DNA of 16,984 nucleotides from Campylobacterota bacterium (GCA_034661055.1 JAYEKO010000045.1:1-16984); one strand, 5' to 3'; positions 1-8,346 are shown, numbered from the stretch's first letter. Numbers and translations: made by a program. The notes: generated by a model not told the origin, from the letters alone.

Positions 1-332
1 TCTCCCTTTTTTTTCTGTAACTCACTAAGCTTTAAACTCTCAAAGTAGATACTGTTTATCTTAATGAAACGCTCTTTATCAAATCCATTTTCATAAGCGG
101 CAATAATATGTTTTTTACTTGACTGTAGCTCTTTAAGTTCTTCAAAAACATCATCATGCCATGCACTAAACTGTGCTTCATTGGCCTGATGTTTCTTCAT
201 CTCTAGACGCTCAATTCTATACTCTTTTCCTTGAGGAATAAGGGCTAAAAAAGAGAATAAAAAGACAAAAATCAGTAACAATACTGAAAGAATAAGAAGG
301 TAGATTGTCTGTCTTGAAATATTTAATTTCAC
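1..332 (-). CDS. PilO-like membrane-anchored protein (probable flagellar motor cage component), 3'-truncated by the window edge
   Basis: Not in the ORF track; translated by hand. GTG at 332-330 overlaps the upstream TGA (GTGA coupling) and the frame is open to the edge: MKLNISRQTIYLLILSVLLLIFVFLFSFLALIPQGKEYRIERLEMKKHQANEAQFSAWHDDVFEELKELQ... It has one N-terminal TM helix then a coiled coil, and is third in a PilM-N-O-like series downstream of miaB/DUF374. Confidence 0.7.
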   Translation of the reverse strand, partial: MKLNISRQTIYLLILSVLLLIFVFLFSFLALIPQGKEYRIERLEMKKHQANEAQFSAWHDDVFEELKELQSSKKHIIAAYENGFDKERFIKINSIYFESLKLSELQKKKG

Positions 333-841
333 AATGACTCCTCATCCAGATAATTTGTTGAGACAAAACGGAACCAACCGTTTTCTAAAGGGTAAAAGTC
401 CGTATAGTTCTTATGAAATATTGAACGAAGTGGTGCTTGAAGTAAAAACTCATAGACCTCTTTATTTGGAGTAACTCCATACAGAATAAGGCTATTTTTC
501 TCTAAAATTGCTTTAGAGAGTGTAATACGATCAGGAACCAGATCAAATAAATTTTTAATACTGTCTCTAAGGACACTGTTTGAAGTACTTATCTTGGAAA
601 AATGAGAAGACTCTTTTTTAATAAATTTGATCTCACTGTTCATACCAGCTATTGTCTTATTAATATCTGTAACACGACTATTTATAGTAAGCATGTTATT
701 TTGGAAGTCACTAGTCTTATAGAGTAAAAAACCGTAGGTGGCAAAAAGGACAAACAGTGTCATTGAGAAAAAGAAGACAACAAGCTTTAACTCCTGTGTT
801 AAAAGCTTTTTTTCTCGAGGTGCTATAAAACTATAACGCAT
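329..841 (-). CDS. PilN-like bitopic membrane protein (probable flagellar motor cage component)
   Basis: Short cytoplasmic N-terminus (MRYSFIAP), a TM helix, a coiled coil, then a PilN-like C-terminal region (LFDLVPDRITLS...LILYGVT). ATG 841 is preferred over TTG 847 because GAGG (851-848) lies 6 nt upstream. Confidence 0.72.
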   Translation of the reverse strand: MRYSFIAPREKKLLTQELKLVVFFFSMTLFVLFATYGFLLYKTSDFQNNMLTINSRVTDINKTIAGMNSEIKFIKKESSHFSKISTSNSVLRDSIKNLFDLVPDRITLSKAILEKNSLILYGVTPNKEVYEFLLQAPLRSIFHKNYTDFYPLENGWFRFVSTNYLDEESL

Positions 842-1862
842 TTTCAACCTCTTCTTGACTTATATCTACTAAGAAATCATTTAGTTCAACATGACGAACA
901 ACAACACTTAAAAAAAGTTCCTCTTCCAAGTAACGTTTTAAATCTTCACTAGATTCACTACACTCAGCAATATAAACAGACTCAACAAATTCATTGTCAT
1001 AGCGACTGTCTTCATAATACTCTTGCAGTCGTTTTGAAATCATCTTATATCGATGATAGTCTTCTCCAAAGTCTTCAGGCACCTCATCATCATCTACACT
1101 ATCTTCTTCAACACTCTCTTCGCCTATCTCAAGAGTCTCATCACTAAAGTCATCAAGGTCATCAATAGAGTCTAAATCTTCTAAGTCATCTAAATCTGTG
1201 AGCTCATCTAAAGCATCAAGGTCATCAATACTGACCGCGTCATCATCTTCTTCAAGATCAAATACTATCTCTTCTTCAGCCTCACTCTCTTTATCATCAA
1301 AGTCTGCACTGCTAGCGCTATTTTCTATCTGATCATAAGCACCGTAAAGCAGGGTGCCTTTTTGCATGACCGCCATAGTGAGGTTATCTTCTTGAATTAA
1401 AACATATAGTTGCGCCTTAGAGTCAATCTTCTCTTTGAAAATATGTGTTAGTAGTGTAAATGGTGAAAAAATAAAATCAACTCCAAAGCTTTTAAAACTA
1501 CTTTTAATTTTATCGAGATCATATTTAGAGCTATAGAGCATGTAGCTGTTATTGACACATATTGTCTTAGAGAGTGAGATATCATAAAAGTCCATAGCCC
1601 CTTTATTTTCACATAGTGCAATGGCACCTTGATTGACACTGTTATTTAAAACAGAGATATAATAAAATGGGGTTTCAGCAGTGGCATCGGCAATAAAGTC
1701 ATGCAGACCAGATGCTGTAGTAGAGGCTTCAAACTCTAATCTATTTTTTTTGCACTTCTCGCCATGACACGTTACAATAAGAACTTCTATCTTAGTTTTT
1801 GAGACAATAATACCGACATAAACTTTGACATATAAGCGTTCAAACACTCTACTTAGTCCCAT
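831..1862 (-). CDS. PilM-like cytoplasmic protein with a long acidic insert
   Basis: 343-aa soluble ORF directly upstream of PilN/PilO-like genes, with AAGGA RBS at 1872-1868. Same position as the PilM-like gene in the Helicobacter/Campylobacter miaB operon. The assignment rests on synteny and architecture. Confidence 0.65.
   Translation of the reverse strand: MGLSRVFERLYVKVYVGIIVSKTKIEVLIVTCHGEKCKKNRLEFEASTTASGLHDFIADATAETPFYYISVLNNSVNQGAIALCENKGAMDFYDISLSKTICVNNSYMLYSSKYDLDKIKSSFKSFGVDFIFSPFTLLTHIFKEKIDSKAQLYVLIQEDNLTMAVMQKGTLLYGAYDQIENSASSADFDDKESEAEEEIVFDLEEDDDAVSIDDLDALDELTDLDDLEDLDSIDDLDDFSDETLEIGEESVEEDSVDDDEVPEDFGEDYHRYKMISKRLQEYYEDSRYDNEFVESVYIAECSESSEDLKRYLEEELFLSVVVRHVELNDFLVDISQEEVENAL
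1151..1230. repeat. 17-bp direct repeat within a degenerate 9-nt (3-residue) coding repeat
   Basis: catcaaggtcatcaata occurs at 1151-1167 and 1214-1230, 63 bp apart. Both copies encode IDDLD within IDD-LDA-LDE-LTD-LDD-LED-LDS-IDD-LDD. Confidence 0.8.
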
Positions 1863-2688
1863 CGATTTCCTTACACAGAGGATGTGCTTTCATATATTGA
1901 TCTAGCTTTGTTACATTGGCTAGTTTAGTATAAATCTGCGTTGTTGCCATAGACGAGTGACCTAAAAGTTCACTAACATCAGCAATTCTTGCACTATTAT
2001 TTAATAATATAGTAGCATAAGAGTGGCGCAATTGATGCGGTGTTGCCTTAATGCCAATATTTTTAAATGATTTTGTTACAATATATCTTAAACTACTTTC
2101 GCTTAATTTTTCACCTGAACGCTCAAAAAGATACCTTAACGGTGCCTCAACACTCATAAAGTGCTCCAATAAATCTCTTAATGCTTCAGGAAGTGGAATT
2201 TCTCGCTCCTTTTTTCCTTTTCCCTCTACTTTGACAAGAGTGGTTTTAATATCTTTTAATTGCAGTGAAGCGAGCTCAGAAATACGCAACCCTAACATAT
2301 AGAGTGTTAGTACTACTGTTTTATCAAAAAGGTCTAGGTATTGAACTGCCTGCATAACATGTTCATGAGAGAGTGGTTTTGGAAGAGTTTTTGGCACTTT
2401 AACACTCTCATCACCACGAAGTCTAATAGACTCTCCTGCACTATTGATGTAATCACATAATGAGCGTAGTGCACTGACTTTTTTTGCTATGGTTTTAGGT
2501 TTTTGAGATGCTATTTTCATACGATACGCCATAATATTCATCTCACTCTCATTATCATCTATTTCAATGACTTCAAATGCCTCTTTAAAGACATCATCAT
2601 ACGTCTTTACTGTAAGATTAGAGTAGCCTCGTATCTGCTTTAAATAGCTAAAATATTCAAGCTTGTAATGTTCAAGTGACTTTTTCAT
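1849..2688 (-). CDS. XerC/XerD-type tyrosine recombinase
   Basis: All catalytic motifs present: GLRISEL (R), GKGKKER (K), TPHQLRHSYAT (HxxR), LLGHSS (H), TTQIYT (Y). N-terminal SAM-like region (RGYSNLTVKTY...TIAKKVSALRSL) and the linker PKTLPKPL. 279 aa with no arm-binding extension. Confidence 0.92.
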   Translation of the reverse strand: MKKSLEHYKLEYFSYLKQIRGYSNLTVKTYDDVFKEAFEVIEIDDNESEMNIMAYRMKIASQKPKTIAKKVSALRSLCDYINSAGESIRLRGDESVKVPKTLPKPLSHEHVMQAVQYLDLFDKTVVLTLYMLGLRISELASLQLKDIKTTLVKVEGKGKKEREIPLPEALRDLLEHFMSVEAPLRYLFERSGEKLSESSLRYIVTKSFKNIGIKATPHQLRHSYATILLNNSARIADVSELLGHSSMATTQIYTKLANVTKLDQYMKAHPLCKEIDGTK

Positions 2689-3124
2689 GAAGTTTCAAAA
2701 ATTTCTCATAATAGTGTTTAGCCTCAGCAACCAACTCTTCATCAATGACTACAGATGGAGATATTTTGACATACTCATCGATCATAATCATACACATTGT
2801 CCGTATTTTAGCCTTGTCAGCATCACTGATCTCATCACCCTTGGCCATCTCTGTGATACGTTTCATAAATGACTTAGCTTGAGAATTGTAGTTAACAAAT
2901 CGCATTGCCACCTGACTCTGCGTCATAATAGTAGCTGCCATACGATTGTATTGATTAAGTTCAAAAGCCTCTACTGCAGCTTCTTGTGCCTTTTTATAAT
3001 CACTCACTGCAAAATAGTACTTTGCTTCTAATGAACGCTGGTATGATGGATTCAGCGTAAAATAGAGCACCATTGAAGCAACAAGCAGTACACTAATAAT
3101 AATCCAAAATGAACTAAAACGCAT
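2672..3124 (-). CDS. Hypothetical membrane-anchored helical protein (possibly TPR-like)
   Basis: N-terminal hydrophobic helix (FWIIISVLLVASMVLYF) followed by a TPR-like pattern (AKYYFAVSDYKKAQEAAVEAFELNQYN). Overlaps both neighbours. Confidence 0.7.
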   Translation of the reverse strand: MRFSSFWIIISVLLVASMVLYFTLNPSYQRSLEAKYYFAVSDYKKAQEAAVEAFELNQYNRMAATIMTQSQVAMRFVNYNSQAKSFMKRITEMAKGDEISDADKAKIRTMCMIMIDEYVKISPSVVIDEELVAEAKHYYEKFLKLHEKVT

Positions 3125-3740
3125 GCTGCATCAACCCCTCTTTAATTTTTAACTTAGCATCTTCAAAACTCAGTTCATCAATACGCATGGGTTCTGATGC
3201 AAAAAATTCCAGTTTCCCAAACATCTTTGGAACAACAAACTTATCCCAGCTTTTGATCTGTCTATATTTTGAAGGGACGCAGTGGAAAAATACAATAGGA
3301 GCTTTCATTTTTTGTGCAAGCATCACAATACCATCTGAAGCTTGATGTCTTGGGCCTCTTGGACCATCAGGGGTTATTCCAATATCATAACCATCTCTAA
3401 TAGAACGCAGTGCGGCAATAGCTAGCTTAGCAGGTCTTTTTTTATCAGAAAATATAGAATCCAAACCTAAATAACCCACCGTTTTAGCAATCAACTGCCC
3501 GTCAAAGTGACCACTAATCATAACTTTTGCACAAGACGCCTCACGAAGCTGTTGGTACAAAAAAGGCTGCATAAGCAAATCGCCATGCCAAAAACAAAAA
3601 ATAATAGGTTCTTCTGGAATTTTGTTTGGAAGATGGAATATTTTTTTATTTGTAAGATAGATTAATCGAATATAGAGACTTGTCAAAAAAGGGAGTATCA
3701 CTATAGCAACACTTCTAAAAATCCTTTTACTTAACTTCAA
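3114..3740 (-). CDS. DUF374 / lysophospholipid acyltransferase family protein
   Basis: Motifs [25 protein letters not shown] and [15 protein letters not shown] start overlaps the miaB stop. Confidence 0.85.
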   Translation of the reverse strand: MKLSKRIFRSVAIVILPFLTSLYIRLIYLTNKKIFHLPNKIPEEPIIFCFWHGDLLMQPFLYQQLREASCAKVMISGHFDGQLIAKTVGYLGLDSIFSDKKRPAKLAIAALRSIRDGYDIGITPDGPRGPRHQASDGIVMLAQKMKAPIVFFHCVPSKYRQIKSWDKFVVPKMFGKLEFFASEPMRIDELSFEDAKLKIKEGLMQHAF

Positions 3741-5034
3741 TCAACTCTCCTACCTGCACTAAACGTGCAGTCTGAGTAATCACAACATCTTTAAAAGTTC
3801 CTAAAAGCTCTTCGCTCCCTTTGACTTTTATAAGTAAATTGTTGTCACTTCTTCCTGCAACATACCCATCACCACGAAGCTCTTCAAAATAGACGCTATA
3901 AGTTTTACCCATATAGTCTACTTTTTTAGAGTCAAGAATATCATCTTGAACATTTTGTAGATGCGTAAGACGTTGTGACGCTATCTCACCATCAATAACA
4001 TCACTGAAGTGTTCTGCTTCTGTATGCGGTCGAGCTGAATATTTAAAACTAAAGATCTGATCAAACTTAACTTGTTTAACCACATCCATTGTATCTTCAA
4101 AGTCAGCATCACTTTCACCTGGAAACGCAACAATAACATCAGTACTGATACTAACATCTTCTGCCATAGAACGTAATTTATCTATACGGTTTAAAAACCA
4201 CTCTTTAGAGTAGCCACGCTTCATTGCTTTTAAAAGCTCGGTAGAACCACTCTGTAGTGGCACATGCATTGTTTTACAGATTTTAGCATTGGTGGCAAAC
4301 TCTTCAATAAACTCATCATCCATATGAAGCGGATGCGGTGATGTAAAGCGAATGCGCTCTAATCCATCAACCTGAGACACTTCACGCAGAAGTTCTGTAA
4401 AGTTCATCTTTTTATGATTACCTGAAAAACGTCGTCCGTAATTGTTGACATTTTGACCAAGCAAAAAAATCTCTTTAGCGCCACGAGCAACACTGTGTCG
4501 TGCTTCATCAACAATTAAATTGGAAGGAATGGAGATCTCATCTCCTCTGGTTTTAGGGACAATGCAGTAAGTACATTGCTTGTCGCAACCGATGGAGATA
4601 TTTACAAAGGATTTATAAGGACTACTGCGAAAATCTTTAAATGCAAATTCAGATTCATCATAATTAATCTCAGTTTCAACTGCTTTATCTACATGTAAAA
4701 CTTCAGTAATCTTAGAGACATTACGTGCTCCAAGCACAAAGTTAACATATGGTGCACGCTTAATTATATCTTTTCCAAGATGCGATGCAGTACAACCACA
4801 CACACCTATTTTTGCGTCATCTTTTTTAATCTTATTAAAAACACCAAGTTCTGAAAAAAGCTTGTGAACAGGCTTTTCACGAACTGAACAAGTGTTAATT
4901 AAAATTAAATCTGCTTCTTTTGCTTCAGTAGTGAGCGTGTAATCCTCTTTTTGGTTGAGCTCCGCAATCATATGTTCTGAATCACGAACATTCATTGCAC
5001 AGCCAAGAGTCTCAATAAATAATTTTTTAGCCAT
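3727..5034 (-). CDS. miaB: tRNA-2-methylthio-N6-dimethylallyladenosine synthase
   Basis: [20 protein letters not shown] and GVCGC (UPF0004 domain), radical [30 protein letters not shown], and a C-terminal TRAM domain. Confidence 0.96.
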   Translation of the reverse strand: MAKKLFIETLGCAMNVRDSEHMIAELNQKEDYTLTTEAKEADLILINTCSVREKPVHKLFSELGVFNKIKKDDAKIGVCGCTASHLGKDIIKRAPYVNFVLGARNVSKITEVLHVDKAVETEINYDESEFAFKDFRSSPYKSFVNISIGCDKQCTYCIVPKTRGDEISIPSNLIVDEARHSVARGAKEIFLLGQNVNNYGRRFSGNHKKMNFTELLREVSQVDGLERIRFTSPHPLHMDDEFIEEFATNAKICKTMHVPLQSGSTELLKAMKRGYSKEWFLNRIDKLRSMAEDVSISTDVIVAFPGESDADFEDTMDVVKQVKFDQIFSFKYSARPHTEAEHFSDVIDGEIASQRLTHLQNVQDDILDSKKVDYMGKTYSVYFEELRGDGYVAGRSDNNLLIKVKGSEELLGTFKDVVITQTARLVQVGELIEVK

Positions 5035-5044
5035 TATTATTGAG

Positions 5045-5290
5045 CTATCTTATTATATGCACTTCGTACATGTATTCACTATCTAAAAGGCCAAACTTAA
5101 CCTCTTTCATATAAAAACTCTTGCCACTGCCTTCAATATGATCTTGAAGTGCAAGTAGATCCTTATGAGAATTATCTCTATCGAAATAGAAAATTGCAGA
5201 CTCCTCTTTTTCTACAGTATCCTCAATTTTTTTTAAATCAATCTTTTTTGGCTTATCTTTTAGTTCTGTACGCGCTATTTTTAACTCCAC
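5045..5290 (-). CDS. HP0268-family small nuclease
   Basis: 81 aa with [13 protein letters not shown] and KEVKFGL...YMYEVHI. GTG start with AGGAG RBS. Conserved position between nusA and miaB in Campylobacterota. Confidence 0.85.
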   Translation of the reverse strand: MELKIARTELKDKPKKIDLKKIEDTVEKEESAIFYFDRDNSHKDLLALQDHIEGSGKSFYMKEVKFGLLDSEYMYEVHIIR

Positions 5291-5323
5291 AGAGGCTCCT
5301 TTAATATTTTACAAATTTATTGC

Positions 5324-5374
5324 ATTATATCTTTGTTTGAATAAATAACATATTAAGCGTTAATTGTGTATAAT
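5324..5374. promoter_or_regulatory. Divergent sigma70-type -10 boxes for the HP0268-miaB operon and nusA
   Basis: Perfect TATAAT on the minus strand (5329-5324) and on the plus strand (5369-5374) in the AT-rich intergenic region. Confidence 0.6.
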
Positions 5375-5449
5375 GGTATTCTTCATAAATAGACTTTCAA
5401 AACATTAACTTTTTATGAACAAACTTAAATTTATTACGCAGGTATTATT

Positions 5450-6574
5450 ATGGAAAAAATCTTAGATATTATTGACTCAATTGCTCACGAAAAAGGGCTC
5501 ACTTCAGAGAATGTTACTGAAGCACTAAAACGTGCATTTGTACAGACTGCAAAGCGTTGTATTAATCCTGATGTCTATTACGAAGCTGAAATTGATCAAG
5601 ATACAAAATCAATTAATCTATATCAATCAATAACAGTCGTAAAAGATGATGATGAACTTTTAAATGATGAAGAAGAGAAACAGAAGTATATTTCACTAAC
5701 TGATGCCAAAGAGATGGATGATGATGTTGAAGTGAGTGATCAACTTCAAATTGACCATGACCTAGAAGATTATGGAAGAACCGCTGCAAGTTCACTCTAC
5801 CGTGAAATTGAGTATCATGTTCAGCGTCTTGTAGAAGATGAGCTGTATAACAAATATAAGAGTCAAATTGGTACTATTGTATCGGGACGTGTTGTTCGTG
5901 TTGACTCTGAACAGAACACATTTATAGAGATGGATGAACTTCGTGCAATTTTGCCAATGAAAAGCCGTATAAAAGGTGAAGTATTTGCTAGCGGTGATGG
6001 CGTTCAAGCGGTGGTAAGACGTGTTAATATTGACCCTGCAAGCGGTATTACCATTGAGCTTTCACGTACCTCTCCAAAATTTTTAGAAGGCCTCTTGGCA
6101 TTAGAAGTACCTGAGATTAATGACGGTACTGTAATTATTGAAAAAAGTGCAAGAATTCCTGGAGAGCGCGCAAAAATTGCCCTTCTTTCTACACACCCAC
6201 AAGTTGACCCTGTTGGTGCAACCGTTGGTGTTAAAGGAGTGCGTATTAATGCGGTAAGTGAAGAGCTTTGCGGTGAGAACATTGACTGTATTGAATACAC
6301 TAATATTCCAGAACTTTTTGTTGCTCGTGTGATGAGTCCTGCCATTATCAGCTCTGTTGTTATTGAGGGAAGCGAAGATGACGAAGAGGGACAAAAAGCG
6401 ATTGTCACACTGCCAAGTGATCAAAAATCTAAAGCAATTGGACGTAGCGGTATTAATATTCGTCTTGCTTCCATGCTAACAGGCATGAATATTGAACTTG
6501 TAGAACAAGACGGGTCAAGCGAATCTGAAGATAAAAAAGAGGGTGTAGAGTCGTTAGAAGCACTCTTTAAATAA
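5450..6574 (+). CDS. nusA: Transcription termination/antitermination factor NusA
   Basis: NusA N-terminal domain, S1 domain, KH motifs ARIPGERAKIA, DPVGATVGVKGVRI and AIGRSGINIRLASMLTG. Confidence 0.97.
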   Translation: MEKILDIIDSIAHEKGLTSENVTEALKRAFVQTAKRCINPDVYYEAEIDQDTKSINLYQSITVVKDDDELLNDEEEKQKYISLTDAKEMDDDVEVSDQLQIDHDLEDYGRTAASSLYREIEYHVQRLVEDELYNKYKSQIGTIVSGRVVRVDSEQNTFIEMDELRAILPMKSRIKGEVFASGDGVQAVVRRVNIDPASGITIELSRTSPKFLEGLLALEVPEINDGTVIIEKSARIPGERAKIALLSTHPQVDPVGATVGVKGVRINAVSEELCGENIDCIEYTNIPELFVARVMSPAIISSVVIEGSEDDEEGQKAIVTLPSDQKSKAIGRSGINIRLASMLTGMNIELVEQDGSSESEDKKEGVESLEALFK

Positions 6575-6575
6575 C

Positions 6576-6601
6576 ATTTACATGTAAAATTACATGTAAA
6601 T
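6576..6601. terminator. Inverted repeat between convergent nusA and permease; probable bidirectional terminator
   Basis: atttacatgtaa-aa-ttacatgtaaat has perfect 12-bp arms and fills almost all of the 30-bp gap. It is AT-rich with no clear U tail. Confidence 0.55.
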
Positions 6602-6604
6602 TAG

Positions 6605-7561
6605 CTACCGTTTCATAAACGGATTAATCTTCACTAAAATAACATCTGCAATAATATTTCCAGCCAGTGTCAAAAATGATGTAATCATTAATATTCCCAT
6701 AATAGTTGGATAGTCTCTACTTAAAGCACTCAAATAAAAGAGTTGTCCCATACCGTCAATTCCAAAAATAGACTCTAAAATGACACTGCCACCTATGAGT
6801 CCAGGAAGTGAAAGTCCAAGAAGTGTTACTACCGGAGGTAGAAGATTTGGGGTAACGTAATAGCGTAATAACTGCTTACTGCTAAGTCCTCTCGTTCGTG
6901 CAAAAAAATAGTAGTCACTTTTTAAAATTTCTAAAGTCAATGAACGCACGTAGATACTCATACTGCCAAGACTTACAAAAATCATTACACCTACAGGTAA
7001 CACTAGATGCCATGCCATATCGGTATAGTATGCAACTCCCTCTTTTGCTTCAATAGAGTGAAGTCCTGCAATAGGAAGCCAATCTAATTCAAGTGAAAAG
7101 AGTAAAATTAACAGAAGTGCTAAATAAAATGATGGCATTGAAAATGAGAGTAAAGAGAGCTGACGAATCGCATAATCTGCCCGTTTCTCAAAATTCATTG
7201 CGGCTTTAATTCCTAAATAAATTGAGATACTAAATACTGCCACCATGGATATAATGTTCATGGTTAATGTAATAGGAAGACGTTTTAAAATCTCACTGCT
7301 AACATCTGCTCCTGTTACAAAAGAGACTCCAAAATTTAGGGTAGCAATATTTATTATCCAATCCAAGTACTGCTCTAGAAGTGTTTTATCAAGCCCGTAA
7401 ACTGCCTTTAAGTTTGCAACTGCCTCTTGTGTCATATTTGGATTTAACTCACCAGCGGCAAAAAAACTGTTAGGGGCAGCGTGAATTGCCAAAAATGAAA
7501 TAACCGAAATTAAAATAAGCATTAATAGTAAGTAGAGAAGTTTTAATATCATCGTTTTCAT
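6605..7561 (-). CDS. Peptide/nickel ABC transporter permease, DppB/OppB family
   Basis: YGLDKTLLEQY, NFGVSF, RLPITL, an EAA-loop equivalent (SDYYFFARTRGLS), GGSVILESIFGIDGMG and ALSRDYPTIMG, with several TM helices. Confidence 0.92.
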   Translation of the reverse strand: MKTMILKLLYLLLMLILISVISFLAIHAAPNSFFAAGELNPNMTQEAVANLKAVYGLDKTLLEQYLDWIINIATLNFGVSFVTGADVSSEILKRLPITLTMNIISMVAVFSISIYLGIKAAMNFEKRADYAIRQLSLLSFSMPSFYLALLLILLFSLELDWLPIAGLHSIEAKEGVAYYTDMAWHLVLPVGVMIFVSLGSMSIYVRSLTLEILKSDYYFFARTRGLSSKQLLRYYVTPNLLPPVVTLLGLSLPGLIGGSVILESIFGIDGMGQLFYLSALSRDYPTIMGILMITSFLTLAGNIIADVILVKINPFMKR

Positions 7562-7597
7562 TCTCTATTTATATCATAAAAGAGTTAAAACAGGAGC

Positions 7598-7619
7598 TGT
7601 TTCGCCCTTTGGCGAAACA
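7598..7619 (-). terminator. GC-rich hairpin downstream of the TorF-family gene
   Basis: tgtttcgcc-cttt-ggcgaaaca, a 9-bp stem 24 nt past the stop codon. On the minus strand the U-rich run begins 7 nt after the stem. Confidence 0.65.
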
Positions 7620-7643
7620 AGGAGTGAGAAAAATTTTAAATGA

Positions 7644-8279
7644 CTAGAAACTTGTACCAACTGTAGCAACAATGTTATCTGAATCATCAAGGTCGGTAGC
7701 ATCAGTGTATGCAACTGAGAAATCAAACTTACCATATGATTTAGTAAGGGCTACCAAATAGTAAGGCGTAACCTCATCATAGTCACCATAAGTTGCTTCG
7801 ACACCAAAACCTGCTGGTAGTTCAGCAGATGCACTAACCTCCCATGCATCAGTAGGGTCAATCTCATTAGTCTCAATACCCATGTAGTATTTCGCACCAA
7901 CACCAAAACCTGTAAAGTCATAACTTAAACCTAAGTATGCTTCTGCAAAATTATTTGCTTCTGTATCGTTAGGGTACATGTATTGACAAATACCAACATC
8001 ATAACCAAAACCAGAAATCTCACCTGCATAACCAGCATACACATCTAACTCTAAAGAGCTGGCAAAATCAATATTTGAGCCCCAAACACCTAGATATAAA
8101 CCGTTATAATCTAAATCAACTCCACCTTGAATTGCCGGAGCATTACTCGTTTGAGTCATACCTCTCCACACATAGTTACTTGTAAGTGCCATATTTGCGC
8201 TAACACCAACATCAGACATCTCTGCATGTGCAACTGTTACAGCAAGTGCTGCTGCTAAACTAAGTTTGATTAATTTCAT
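7644..8279 (-). CDS. TorF-family putative porin (Gcw_chp / TIGR02001-like outer-membrane beta-barrel)
   Basis: Sec signal ending AHA, signature TSNYVWRGMTQT...PAIQGGVD...GLYLGVWGSNI...ELDVYAGY, alternating beta-strand pattern and C-terminal Phe. Confidence 0.88.
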   Translation of the reverse strand: MKLIKLSLAAALAVTVAHAEMSDVGVSANMALTSNYVWRGMTQTSNAPAIQGGVDLDYNGLYLGVWGSNIDFASSLELDVYAGYAGEISGFGYDVGICQYMYPNDTEANNFAEAYLGLSYDFTGFGVGAKYYMGIETNEIDPTDAWEVSASAELPAGFGVEATYGDYDEVTPYYLVALTKSYGKFDFSVAYTDATDLDDSDNIVATVGTSF

Positions 8280-8313
8280 TGAATTCCCTTTATGTTGTTT
8301 AATTGATAAAGAG

Positions 8314-8322
8314 ATTATTGCA
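8314..8322 (-). promoter_or_regulatory. Putative extended -10 promoter of the TorF-family gene
   Basis: TGcAATAAT (one mismatch to TGnTATAAT) about 35 nt upstream of the ATG, with AAGGG RBS at 8290-8286. Confidence 0.5.
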
Positions 8323-8346
8323 TAAGTTTTTATATATATCTCAGCG

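Noticed and set aside
7..1751. Coding-strand A9 (7-15) and A8 (1744-1751) runs in the pilO-like and pilM-like genes as phase-variation tracts
   Set aside because: Both frames are intact and such Lys-codon runs are common in AT-rich genomes. Read-level data would be needed.
1849..2688. Recombinase as the integrase of a prophage, island or integron
   Set aside because: No cargo genes, adjacent tRNA, visible att repeats, attC sites or IntI-specific insertion, and it overlaps core genes on both sides.
5450..6574. nusA not flanked by rimP and infB
   Set aside because: This is the normal arrangement in Campylobacterota.
8331..8339. Short TA dinucleotide run upstream of the porin -10 as a variable spacer
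   Set aside because: Only 9 bp, unremarkable in AT-rich intergenic DNA.
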